Source: an uncultured Pirellulales bacterium (GTDB lineage Bacteria > Planctomycetota > Phycisphaerae > Sedimentisphaerales > Anaerobacaceae). Taken from it: DNA of 64,000 bases. A program made the translations under genes and the position numbers. The stretch covers positions 3,252-67,251 of the forward strand of contig CAYTNN010000001.1 in NCBI GenBank assembly GCA_964439135.1. Reading direction: 5' to 3'. Below are positions 45,356 to 54,070 of the stretch, in pieces (within the stretch, counting starts at the first letter, position 1; each line of letters starts with the position of its first letter). The notes beneath the pieces are model-generated. The model was not told where the DNA came from and made no database searches. It saw only the letters and a list, made by a program, of their open reading frames with translations.

Positions 45356-46432
45356 ATGGACGAGTCAAAAAACACCAAAATTTATGAAGAGCTTGCAGAT
45401 GCACTCAACGCTCTTCCGAACGGTTTTCCGCGGACACCTTCGAATGTCGAGGTACCGATGCTTCAGAAGATTTTCACGCCGGCCGAGGCATCGCTGGCCC
45501 GGCACCTGGGCCGTGAGCTGGAGCCTGTCGATGCAATCGCCAAGCGGGCCGGACTCGACCAGAGACGGGCCGGTGCCGGCCTGATGGCTTTGGCACAGCG
45601 CCGCCTGATATGGTTCAACGGCCGGCCTGATAATCCGCGTTTCAGACTCTCTCCGTTCGTCGTCGGAATATACGAAATGCAGTTGGATAACATGGACTAC
45701 GAGCTGGCTCATCTGATCGAGCATTATATGGCCGACGGCGGAGCGGTCGGAATCATGAGGCCCGACCCGGCCATCCACCGCGTTGTCCCGGCACAGAGCG
45801 CCGTCAAGTCCGAGTGGGTGCTGCCCTACGACGATGTCCGCGAAATTTTGCTGAACGCTAAAACGTTTCGCGTTAATGATTGCGTCTGCCGCAAGCAGCA
45901 GGACCAGCTCGGCCGAAAGTGCGATTTCCCGCTGAAAACGTGCCTGATCTATCATTCGGCTCAGCTTCCGCCTACACCTGATATGATCTCGCGTAATGAA
46001 GCTCTGGCGGTCCTCGACGAAGCGGAGGAAATCGGCCTGGTCCATACGATGAGCAATGTCAGGAATAAGTCGCTATTCATGGGTGATGTCGGCTATATCT
46101 GCAACTGCTGCGGCTGCTGTTGCGGCATACTTCGCGGAATCAACGACTGGGGCATCGAGAATTCCGTCGCTCAGGCAAATTACTATTCCGTCATCGACGC
46201 CGAGCAGTGCACCGCGTGCGGTTTGTGCGAGCAGCGCTGCCAGGTCGGTGCAATCTCTGAACAGGATGGTAGTTTTATTGTAGACACCAGGCGTTGCATC
46301 GGCTGCGGCCTGTGTGTCACCGGTTGCCCGAGCGGCGCTGCAACGCTACAGCCAAAACCCGATGCCGAAATCATCCCTCCGCCTCTGGACCTTGCGGACT
46401 GGGAGCAGCAGCGTATGCAAAACCGCAAGTAG
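45356..46432 (+). CDS. 4Fe-4S dicluster domain protein
   Basis: CTACGLCEQRC and CIGCGLCVTGCP are ferredoxin motifs. There is an extra Cys-rich CNCCGCCCG. ATG at 45356 follows AAGGAGAG. The track start at 45302 is a GTG overlapping the previous stop. Confidence 0.7.
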   Translation: MDESKNTKIYEELADALNALPNGFPRTPSNVEVPMLQKIFTPAEASLARHLGRELEPVDAIAKRAGLDQRRAGAGLMALAQRRLIWFNGRPDNPRFRLSPFVVGIYEMQLDNMDYELAHLIEHYMADGGAVGIMRPDPAIHRVVPAQSAVKSEWVLPYDDVREILLNAKTFRVNDCVCRKQQDQLGRKCDFPLKTCLIYHSAQLPPTPDMISRNEALAVLDEAEEIGLVHTMSNVRNKSLFMGDVGYICNCCGCCCGILRGINDWGIENSVAQANYYSVIDAEQCTACGLCEQRCQVGAISEQDGSFIVDTRRCIGCGLCVTGCPSGAATLQPKPDAEIIPPPLDLADWEQQRMQNRK

Positions 46433-46527
46433 GCGCTGCTATCCACTGCTACAGAAAATTTCTCAAACCGAAGGTGATATTCTTCGTCTTCGACTCAGAA
46501 TGACATTCAATTAAGGGGGGTATCGTC

Positions 46528-48012
46528 ATGACACAACTATCTTTTCCAGCATGTAGTGACATTAAAAGAGTGGCCGGGGTTTACACCGGGCTGCGGCAGA
46601 TTCGGCCGCAGACGAGGCGGGACCTGAAGAATTACGTGAAGGTCTTTCTTGGTATCGACGTGCCGGATAAGAGAATCTGTCCGGAACATCAAAGCCCGAT
46701 GGATTATCTCTGGCATACTTTTCGTGAATCTAAGCACGAACCAAGGGCTGCAAATCACGATTCGATCGTTTGGGCGAATCGTGCTGGCGGTAAGACCGAG
46801 CTTGCAGCCATCGCGACGCTTCTGGATTGCCTCTTTAAGCCGAACTGCCAGGTCAGGATTCTGGGCGGCTCGGGCGAGCAGGCCGGCAGGATGTATGAAT
46901 ATCTGACCGGCTTTCTGCATCACGGCTACGAGCAATCTCTTGCCGGGCCTGTCCGCAAGACTAAATGTCACTTTGTCAACGGTTCAGCGGTCGAGGTCCT
47001 GACGCAGTCTGCAACCAGCGTCCGGGGCCAGCACGTTCAAAAGCTTCGTTGCGATGAGCTGGAGCTGTTTGATGAGGACGTTTTCGCCGCGGCTAAGTTC
47101 ACCACGCAGAGCACGCCGGAAATTACCGCCGGCATGGAACTGATAAGCACGATGCACCGGCCTTACGGCCTGATGCACGAGGTCGTGACATCGGCTCCGG
47201 AGTTCGGCACGCCGGTCTTCAAATGGTGCGTGTGGGAAGTGATAGAAAAGTGCGTCGGCAGAAGCTGCTCGCAATGTCCCTTGTCGGAAGACTGCCGGGG
47301 CAAAGCGAAGGTGGCGAACGGCTATCTGAAAATCGACGATTGCATTACACAGATGCGCCGGTCCAGCAGGGCGTGCTGGGAAGCCGAGATGCTCTGCACG
47401 CGGCCGTCACGGCAGAACGTTGTCTTCGATGAGTTCGACCCGGCCGTGCACGTTGGAACAGTCGATTATGATCCGAATCTTCCGCTGTACCGGGCGCTTG
47501 ATTTCGGATTCGTCAATCCGTTTGTATGCCTGTGGATTCAGGTTGACGATGCCGGCGTTGTGCGTGTGATTGATGAGTACGTTCGCAGCAGGGCGACCAT
47601 CGACGTGCACGCGGTTGAAATGAAGAGCCGCACGCCGGTCGCGGAAGAAAAAGTGACGGCGACGTTTTGCGATCCGGCGGGTAAAAGCGTTAACGATGTC
47701 ACCGGCACCAGCGCTGTCCGCGAGCTGCGGGCGTTGGGAATTGCAGTGCGATTCAAGCGCAGCGGCATCCTGGAAGGAATCGAGTTGATCCGCAGGGCAA
47801 TCCGCTGCGGCGATAGGAAAAGTAGTCTGATAGTCTCGCCGAGATGCCCCCGCCTTATTGAGGCAATGGAATGCTATCATTACCCGGAATCCGCCGCCCC
47901 ACGCGAGCTCCCGCAAAAAGACGGCCTCTACGACCACCCCATCGACGCCCTGCGATACTTCTTCATTAATCATAATCGCATTGAGGGCAAGATGATTACA
48001 CGACTTTACTGA
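46528..48012 (+). CDS. phage terminase large subunit
   Basis: 494 aa. WANRAGGKTELAA (Walker A-like), LRCDELELFD (Walker B), a C-terminal nuclease-like FCDPAG, and YDHPIDALRYF. RBS AAGGGGGG. Confidence 0.8.
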   Translation: MTQLSFPACSDIKRVAGVYTGLRQIRPQTRRDLKNYVKVFLGIDVPDKRICPEHQSPMDYLWHTFRESKHEPRAANHDSIVWANRAGGKTELAAIATLLDCLFKPNCQVRILGGSGEQAGRMYEYLTGFLHHGYEQSLAGPVRKTKCHFVNGSAVEVLTQSATSVRGQHVQKLRCDELELFDEDVFAAAKFTTQSTPEITAGMELISTMHRPYGLMHEVVTSAPEFGTPVFKWCVWEVIEKCVGRSCSQCPLSEDCRGKAKVANGYLKIDDCITQMRRSSRACWEAEMLCTRPSRQNVVFDEFDPAVHVGTVDYDPNLPLYRALDFGFVNPFVCLWIQVDDAGVVRVIDEYVRSRATIDVHAVEMKSRTPVAEEKVTATFCDPAGKSVNDVTGTSAVRELRALGIAVRFKRSGILEGIELIRRAIRCGDRKSSLIVSPRCPRLIEAMECYHYPESAAPRELPQKDGLYDHPIDALRYFFINHNRIEGKMITRLY

Positions 48013-48180
48013 TAGCTATTCATCGAGCAGGATGCCGGACAATATACAGCATAAGCATATTGTTGCGGATATTTACTGAAAATCACTTAAGACGGGAAAG
48101 CTTTTGTTCGATATTGCTAATGATTGAAGGAGGAAACTTGGAAGGGAAAACCCCAGCCGGAGTGAGCACATAAAAAGGAA

Positions 48181-48232
48181 ACAGGGCTGAGGTGCGGAGG
48201 GAGAGGAAAAAGCGAGATATCCTCAGCCCTGT
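48181..48232. repeat. long-loop hairpin repeat, copy A
   Basis: ACAGGGCTGAGG (48181-48192), a 28-nt purine-rich loop (tgcGGAGGgagaGGAaaa...), then CCTCAGCCCTGT (48221-48232). An A-rich run lies upstream, giving a U-run after the stem on the minus strand. Confidence 0.75.
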
Positions 48233-48475
48233 GAATGTGCTCATTCTATCTAACTACTAATATATCATAAAGCTCTACGTAAAGCAATACTATTTTTAAA
48301 AAAATTTGTTCATTTCAAGAAAAAAAAACTTCGCCAAAAAACATTCTAAACCGCCTATTATCAAAAGTTTACAAAACAACTATAGCTTTAGGCTTGTGTT
48401 TTGTCAATTAGATTATTAAAATTTTTTCCAATGAAGCAATTATATTTTAGCACAAATGAAAATTTGAGGACGGCT

Positions 48476-49363
48476 ATGCTCACAGATAACATTCTTGAAC
48501 TGGTAGGAAATACCCCGCTTCTGCAATTGAAGGGCGAAAAGATTTTTGCCAAGGCGGAATTTCTCAATCCCGGCGGGAGTATTAAGGACCGCGTTGCCCT
48601 GGCGATGCTCGAAGCAGCGGAACGCGACGGCAAACTTAAAAAAGACTCCATTATCACCGAGCCCAGCAGCGGCAACACGGGTATCGGTCTGGCTCTGGTC
48701 GGACATCTGATGGGCTATCGCGTCCGAATCGTTATGCCTGAGGGAATGAGTGAAGAGCGGAAGAAGCTCATTAAAGCCCTCGGCGGAGAGCTTGTTCTGA
48801 TCCCCGATGAAGAAGGTCTGGCCGGAGCGGTTCGCAGAGTCGAGCAAATGGCCGCTGAAGATCCGCGTGTTTATGTGCCGCAGCAATTCGAAAATCCGGA
48901 AAATCCCCGTGTTCATTATGAGCAGACCGCACGCGAACTTTGGCGTCAGATGGGCGGCGATATCGATTGCTTTGTCGCCGGCGTGGGCAGTGGTGGAACG
49001 TTACAGGGCGTGGGAAAATTTCTGAAAGAGCACAAAAAGGATGTAAAAATCATCGCCGTTGAGCCGGAGAACTGCTCGGCACTATTGGGCCATGAGCCGG
49101 GCCTGCACCAGATTCAGGGCATAGGCGACGGCTTCATTCCCGCCATACTCGATGTTTCGATGGTCGATGATGTGGTGGAAGTTTCCGACGATAATGCCAT
49201 TCAGACCACGCGTAAATTGGGCACAGATTTCGGCCTGCTGGTCGGTATCAGCTCGGGCGCCAATGTATGGGCGGCGCGCCGGCTGGCTGAGAAAATCGAG
49301 GGTAATATTGCAACCGTTCTGCCGGACAGGGCCGAGCGCTATTTCAGCACTGCCTTGTTATGA
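48476..49363 (+). CDS. cysK: cysteine synthase (O-acetylserine sulfhydrylase)
   Basis: GNTPLLQL, the PLP-lysine motif FLNPGGSIKDRVA, and EPSSGNTGIGLA. ATG at 48476 is chosen inside the longer track ORF. Confidence 0.85.
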   Translation: MLTDNILELVGNTPLLQLKGEKIFAKAEFLNPGGSIKDRVALAMLEAAERDGKLKKDSIITEPSSGNTGIGLALVGHLMGYRVRIVMPEGMSEERKKLIKALGGELVLIPDEEGLAGAVRRVEQMAAEDPRVYVPQQFENPENPRVHYEQTARELWRQMGGDIDCFVAGVGSGGTLQGVGKFLKEHKKDVKIIAVEPENCSALLGHEPGLHQIQGIGDGFIPAILDVSMVDDVVEVSDDNAIQTTRKLGTDFGLLVGISSGANVWAARRLAEKIEGNIATVLPDRAERYFSTALL

Positions 49364-49520
49364 TTTTTTGGGGAAGTGTTTAATTGTTGATTTTTGCCTT
49401 TGCCATTCTGAGCGGAGCGAAGCGTTTGTGTCAAAGAGGCAAAATCAAGAATCTTAACTTCGCTGCGCCCCATTCAGGATGCCAAAAACCCTATTAATGG
49501 GTTCTTTTAAAAAAAGAAAA

Positions 49521-49563
49521 GGGCTGAGGCAAGGAGGAAAGGAGGGTTTAAAAACCTCAGCCC
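49521..49563. repeat. long-loop hairpin repeat, copy B
   Basis: GGGCTGAGG (49521-49529), a 25-nt loop caaGGAGGaaaGGAGGgtttaaaaa, then CCTCAGCCC (49555-49563). Confidence 0.75.
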
Positions 49564-49821
49564 GTAATCCATTACCTGCTAATACGCCGCGCTCCGATAA
49601 AAGTTCGCACCATTTATTGTCCAGAAAAATATTTAGCCTAAACCTGCAAACGCTTTCTGTTAACGGCGTATTTAGGGCGATTTTTTTTGCAATCACGGCC
49701 GCTAAAGCCTTTAAGATTTCATTAAAAAGATTTGTTGTTCGTTATAGAACATTTCCGCACAGAATCACCGGTTCTTGAAGATATGTTTGGCTTTAAGTCT
49801 TAAAAATAGGGATAAAAAAAG

Positions 49822-49866
49822 GGGCTGAGGTCAGGAGGAGGGGAGTGAAGTTTAATACCTCAGCCC
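49822..49866. repeat. long-loop hairpin repeat, copy C
   Basis: GGGCTGAGG (49822-49830), a 27-nt loop tcaGGAGGagGGGAGtgaagtttaata, then CCTCAGCCC (49858-49866). Confidence 0.75.
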
Positions 49867-50117
49867 GTGGCTTTGTGTAAATTTATACGAGCCCATTTTA
49901 CCGAAGTTCGTTTTCTCTGGAAAAACATTTATTTATTTTTAAAAAATATTTATAGGATCGGTTTTTGCTTCAAAATTAGCCCAAAACCGGCAATAATAAT
50001 ACAGAAAAATGCATTCCGGCAAAAATTTAGACACAAATAGAAACGGGGCATTGAGTCATGCTGTCTTTGGCAGTGTGATAAAGCGGGTATGTAAATTACG
50101 TTAGATAAGGAATTTTA

Positions 50118-50516
50118 ATGAATTCGATAAGATTGGTTTATATGGTTCTGCTTTTGATGGTTGCGGGTCTTGAATGCCAGAAGAAAGAATCTGACTCGGA
50201 GAGCATAAGAATCAATCCATCTAAGGCCCGGGGTGAAGAATTCGGTCGGACGCTGTTGCACTTGGCGCCCAACGGGAAAATGGCCGAGCGGCTTATCGCT
50301 CATGGTGCCGACGTCAACGAAAAGGACAACTACGGTATCACACCGCTGCACAGCGCAGCCCACGCAGGCAGTGCGGATTTGGTAGAGCTTCTTATTGCCA
50401 ACGGCGCCGACGTGAATACAACAGATAACGAAAGCCGAACTCCTGTGGACTGTGTACAAGATTCAGGCCACACCGAGATCGTCGATCTGCTCGGAAAGCA
50501 TGGAGCTAAAGAATGA
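50118..50516 (+). CDS. ankyrin-repeat protein with N-terminal signal
   Basis: GRTLLHLA...LIAHGADVNEKDNYGITPLHSAAHAGSADLVELLIANGADVNTTDN are canonical ANK repeats. Confidence 0.8.
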   Translation: MNSIRLVYMVLLLMVAGLECQKKESDSESIRINPSKARGEEFGRTLLHLAPNGKMAERLIAHGADVNEKDNYGITPLHSAAHAGSADLVELLIANGADVNTTDNESRTPVDCVQDSGHTEIVDLLGKHGAKE

Positions 50517-50554
50517 CAGAGAAATGCGAATTTCGATACGAGGAGAGATAGCAT

Positions 50555-50974
50555 ATGTCAGCGAGTGTTTTTGATGATAAAGCAACTTTGCCGGATGATA
50601 AGATGCTGGCTAAGGCGTTGGGTAAATCGAATCGGCTGTGGCTGCAGATTAAAAAGCATCTGAAGGCCGAGTATGGCGAATTGATTGAGGAGTGGAAATT
50701 CTATGGCCAGAAGTCCGGCTGGATACTCAAAACGCTGCGAAAGAAACGCAACTTGTTTTTCTTCATTTCTCTTAAGGGCTCTTTTCAGGTATCTTTTGTT
50801 TTTGGTGAAAAGGCCGTTGCCGCAGTGGAAAAGAGTGATCTGCCTAAGGAGCTAATTATAGAGCTGAAGAACGCCAGAAAATACGCCGAAGGAAGAGGTT
50901 TGCGAATCGATGTCAGAAACTCTGCCGATGTCGAACATATCAAGAAGCTGGTGGAGATAAAGGTCAATAACTAA
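50555..50974 (+). CDS. DUF3788-family protein
   Basis: EEWKFYGQKSGWILKTLRKKRNLFFF...FQVSFVFGEKAV...NARKYAEGRGLRIDV matches my memory of DUF3788. Confidence 0.6.
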   Translation: MSASVFDDKATLPDDKMLAKALGKSNRLWLQIKKHLKAEYGELIEEWKFYGQKSGWILKTLRKKRNLFFFISLKGSFQVSFVFGEKAVAAVEKSDLPKELIIELKNARKYAEGRGLRIDVRNSADVEHIKKLVEIKVNN

Positions 50975-50989
50975 TGGAAGGAATTTGAG

Positions 50990-52165
50990 ATGTTTTATTA
51001 TGACGGTAGAAATGTTTTGCGTTTGTCTGCTATTGTTGTCGTGATTTGTGTGCTTTGCTCCTTGACCTATGCGGGATTTCCGGAATTTGAGTATCACCAG
51101 ATCGCGAAAGTGGGCCGGAGCATGGGCCAGACGTCGCTAGTCGATATCGACAAAGATGGCGATCTCGACTGGGTGGTCGGGGAACGGGCAAGGACGTGGT
51201 GGTTCGAGTACGTCGGCCCGGAGAAATGGATTCAGCATGACGTGGGTCAGGGCGTCCGCACCGATGTCGGCGGTACGGCCTTCGACATCGACGGCGACGG
51301 ATGGATCGATCAGTTCTGCGGCACCGGATGGTACCGCAACACCGGCAAGCCTTGCACCGAATCCTTCGAGCGATTCGACAGCGGCACCATCGTCTGTCAT
51401 GACGACGTAGCGGCCGACATCAACGGCGACAGCAAGCTCGACATGGTCGCCTGCAGCGATCAGCAGAACCACAAAGTCACGGTCTGGTATGAGATCCCTG
51501 TCAATCCTCGCGAAAAGTGGATCGAGCATAAAATAGGCGGCGGCATCCACGGCGGCGTCGGACCGGCAGGTGTCGGCGATATCGACGGCGACGGGGATAA
51601 CGACGTCGTTCGCGGCGACGTGTGGTTCGAGAACGCTGACGGCAAAGGGCTGAAGTGGACAGAGCATGCCGGCCTGACCCCGCCCGGTGGCAACCGGCCC
51701 GACCGCTACGGCCTGGCGATCAAGGTCTGGAACTGTGACCTGGATAAAGACGGCGACCTCGACGTCGTCGAGGCCGAGGCCGACACAGTGGATGGGCGAG
51801 TCTTCTGGTTCCAGAACCAGGGCAAGGGCGTGAGCTGGAAGTGTCACCTGATCTCCGCTAACCATACGAAGCAGGATTTTCATTCGCTGGCCGTGGCCGA
51901 TTTCGATAACGATGGTGACCTCGACGTCTTCTCCGGCGGCGGGCCGCTCTCAGAGGATGAGGTTCACAAGTGTTTCATCTGGGAGGACACCGATGGTCGG
52001 GCCGGCCAATGGAAAGAGCATGTGATCCTGAAAGGCAAGAGATGTCACGAGGCCAAGGCCGCCGACGTGGACGGCGACGGTGACATTGACATCTGCACTA
52101 AACCCTGGGATGGCGACGAACACATTTACCTTCGCAATATGTTTAACGAGAATTCCTCAAAATAA
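50990..52165 (+). CDS. FG-GAP/VCBS repeat protein
   Basis: Repeated Ca-binding loops: DIDKDGDLDWVV, DIDGDGWID, DINGDSKLDMVA, DIDGDGDNDVV, DLDKDGDLDVV, DFDNDGDLDVF and DVDGDGDIDI. Confidence 0.8.
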   Translation: MFYYDGRNVLRLSAIVVVICVLCSLTYAGFPEFEYHQIAKVGRSMGQTSLVDIDKDGDLDWVVGERARTWWFEYVGPEKWIQHDVGQGVRTDVGGTAFDIDGDGWIDQFCGTGWYRNTGKPCTESFERFDSGTIVCHDDVAADINGDSKLDMVACSDQQNHKVTVWYEIPVNPREKWIEHKIGGGIHGGVGPAGVGDIDGDGDNDVVRGDVWFENADGKGLKWTEHAGLTPPGGNRPDRYGLAIKVWNCDLDKDGDLDVVEAEADTVDGRVFWFQNQGKGVSWKCHLISANHTKQDFHSLAVADFDNDGDLDVFSGGGPLSEDEVHKCFIWEDTDGRAGQWKEHVILKGKRCHEAKAADVDGDGDIDICTKPWDGDEHIYLRNMFNENSSK

Positions 52166-52233
52166 TCTCGTGCAATAAGAGGCGAATCTGATAGCATTGG
52201 AAGGTTAATTGAAACTTTGTAGGAGACGATCGG

Positions 52234-54036
52234 ATGTCGCTGAATGTTTTCCGGCTGTCAGTCAGGCCGTTCTGTTTTGTGCTATTAGGTGTCACTTTGC
52301 TTGCTGTGGGCCTTCCTCCTGCACGGGGCGCCGAGTACTACGACAATAAATCCCTGGGCAGGCGTATAACATCGCTTGCCGAACGGAATTCCGCTCTTGT
52401 GCGCGTCGAGAACATTGCCCTGTCGATCGGCAAGCGCAAGGTCTGGCTTATCGAGCTTGGTAAAGGAACAAAACAGGATCGCCAGATACGCCCGGCGATG
52501 CTGGTCGTCGCTGGGATTGAGGGCAGCGATCTGATCGGATGCACAGCGGCGGTCAACTGGGCCGAGCAATTGGCCGGGCAATATCAGGACGACGCCGAAA
52601 TCGCCAAACTGCTTCAGACAACGACGATATACATTGTGCCGCGACTTAATCCCGACGCCGCTGGGCATTATTTCGCCAGCCTTAAAATCGAAACTTCTTC
52701 AAACGAAAAGAGCGTCGATGATGACCATGATGGTCTGTTAGATGAAGATGGACCCGAAGACCTTAACGATGACGGGCTTATTACATGGATGCGAATCGAG
52801 GATCCGGAGGGCGAATATATACTCGATCCGAATGACAACCGGCTGCTCTTGAAGGCCGATCATCTCAAGAGCGAAGTCGGCGCCTGGCGCTATCTTAGTG
52901 AGGGCGTTGATAACGACCACGATGAGCGATGGAACGAGGACGGCCGGGGCGGCGTCAACTTCAATCGCAATTTTCCGTATGGTTATAAATTCTTCGCCGA
53001 AGACGCCGGCGTCCACCAGGTCAGCGAGGCGGAGACTCGGGCGCTGGCCGATTTTGTGGTCGAGCATCCGAATATCGCCATGGTGGTGACATACGGCTCG
53101 GCCGACAATCTATCGAAGGCTCCCAAAGGCGCGGAACCAGCCGGCCGCCGAAAGGCAATGACCGAGATTCATCAGGACGATGCGGGCTACTATCGCGTGA
53201 TGGGCGAGCTGTATCGCGAAGTGCTTGGCCTGGACAAAGAGCTTGAGGGTGCTTCGATGCCCGGCTCGTTTAGCGACTGGATGTATTATCACCGGGGCCG
53301 GCTCTCGCTGGCGGCAAAGGCCTGGAGCCCTGCCGTAGCAGTTGAGCTTTCAAAAGCCGCCGACAAAGAGGACAAAGAACCGCAGGAACAAGCAGAAGAC
53401 CAGGAGCAGCAGGATTCCGAATCGGAGCCTGAGAAAAGTGACAAGAATTCAGACAAGGATGCTAAGAAAGACGAAGATAAGCGTAACCAGCAGGAGCGTA
53501 AAGAACTCAAGTGGTTCGACGAACACGCGCCGGAGGCCTTCGTCGAATGGCAGCCGATCGAGCATCCTGATTTTCCCGGCCAGCGTGCCGAGGTCGGCGG
53601 TTATCGTCCTTTCGCCCTGACGAATCCTCCTGCTGAGATGGTTGGCGAAATTGCCGCCAAACACGCCGATTTCCTGACCAAAGCGGCGCAGCGACTGCCG
53701 CGTATCGGCGTGCGAAAAATCGAGTGCCGCCATCTGGGCCGGTCGGTTTACGAGGTGAAGATTCAGGTGGAGAATACCGGATTTTTGCCGACTTTGCTGG
53801 AGCATGGGCGAACGACGCGCGAGATCCATCCTACCCGGCTGGTAATGGAGCTGGACGATGAATCGTTTTTATCGGGAAGCCGAATTACGAATCTGCCGGC
53901 AATCCGGGGTAGCGGCGGGATGGTCGAGCTGCGATACATCGTCAGGGTACCGGAGCGAGAGAAAATCGATTTCGAGATTGTCTCGATGTTAGCCGGGAAG
54001 GTCAAAAGCTCGGTCGAACTGCCGAATGCCGAATGA
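52234..54036 (+). CDS. M14 carboxypeptidase-like protein lacking the canonical HxxE zinc motif (possible pseudo-peptidase)
   Basis: Paralogous to the next gene (shared DDDHDGLLDEDGPEDLNDDGLITWMRIEDPEG block). It has GIEGSDLIG where the paralog has GNIHGNEVQAG. Contains an acidic low-complexity insert (KEDKEPQEQAEDQEQQDSESEPEKSDK...). Confidence 0.6.
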   Translation: MSLNVFRLSVRPFCFVLLGVTLLAVGLPPARGAEYYDNKSLGRRITSLAERNSALVRVENIALSIGKRKVWLIELGKGTKQDRQIRPAMLVVAGIEGSDLIGCTAAVNWAEQLAGQYQDDAEIAKLLQTTTIYIVPRLNPDAAGHYFASLKIETSSNEKSVDDDHDGLLDEDGPEDLNDDGLITWMRIEDPEGEYILDPNDNRLLLKADHLKSEVGAWRYLSEGVDNDHDERWNEDGRGGVNFNRNFPYGYKFFAEDAGVHQVSEAETRALADFVVEHPNIAMVVTYGSADNLSKAPKGAEPAGRRKAMTEIHQDDAGYYRVMGELYREVLGLDKELEGASMPGSFSDWMYYHRGRLSLAAKAWSPAVAVELSKAADKEDKEPQEQAEDQEQQDSESEPEKSDKNSDKDAKKDEDKRNQQERKELKWFDEHAPEAFVEWQPIEHPDFPGQRAEVGGYRPFALTNPPAEMVGEIAAKHADFLTKAAQRLPRIGVRKIECRHLGRSVYEVKIQVENTGFLPTLLEHGRTTREIHPTRLVMELDDESFLSGSRITNLPAIRGSGGMVELRYIVRVPEREKIDFEIVSMLAGKVKSSVELPNAE

Positions 54037-54070
54037 ATCGGCAAATAAAAATATTTCAGGATATCAGATT

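Larger units (their letters stand above)
11946..48012. mobile_element. mosaic prophage-like region (short-tailed phage structural operon, early/replication genes, terminase, interleaved with host-like cargo)
   Basis: Portal, scaffold, capsid, tail-like genes, DnaB, DUF1376, ParB-like, TerS-like and TerL genes are all recognised within this span. Boundaries are approximate because no att repeats or integrase were found. Confidence 0.6.

Noticed and set aside
45365-46045. 226-aa ORF on the minus strand. Similar antisense ORFs lie at 51137-51883, 38504-39190, 33463-34080, 32702-33337 and 47407-47973.
   Set aside because: Each is fully contained, on the opposite strand, within a gene with recognisable motifs (Fe-S protein, FG-GAP, DnaB, ParB-like, GNAT-like, TerL). 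They have no RBS or motifs of their own.
48181-49866. Three repeated hairpins considered as a CRISPR array
   Set aside because: There are only three copies, with irregular spacing of about 1.3 kb and 0.3 kb. A protein-coding gene (cysK) lies between copies. The units are internally palindromic with variable loops, and there are no cas genes in the window.
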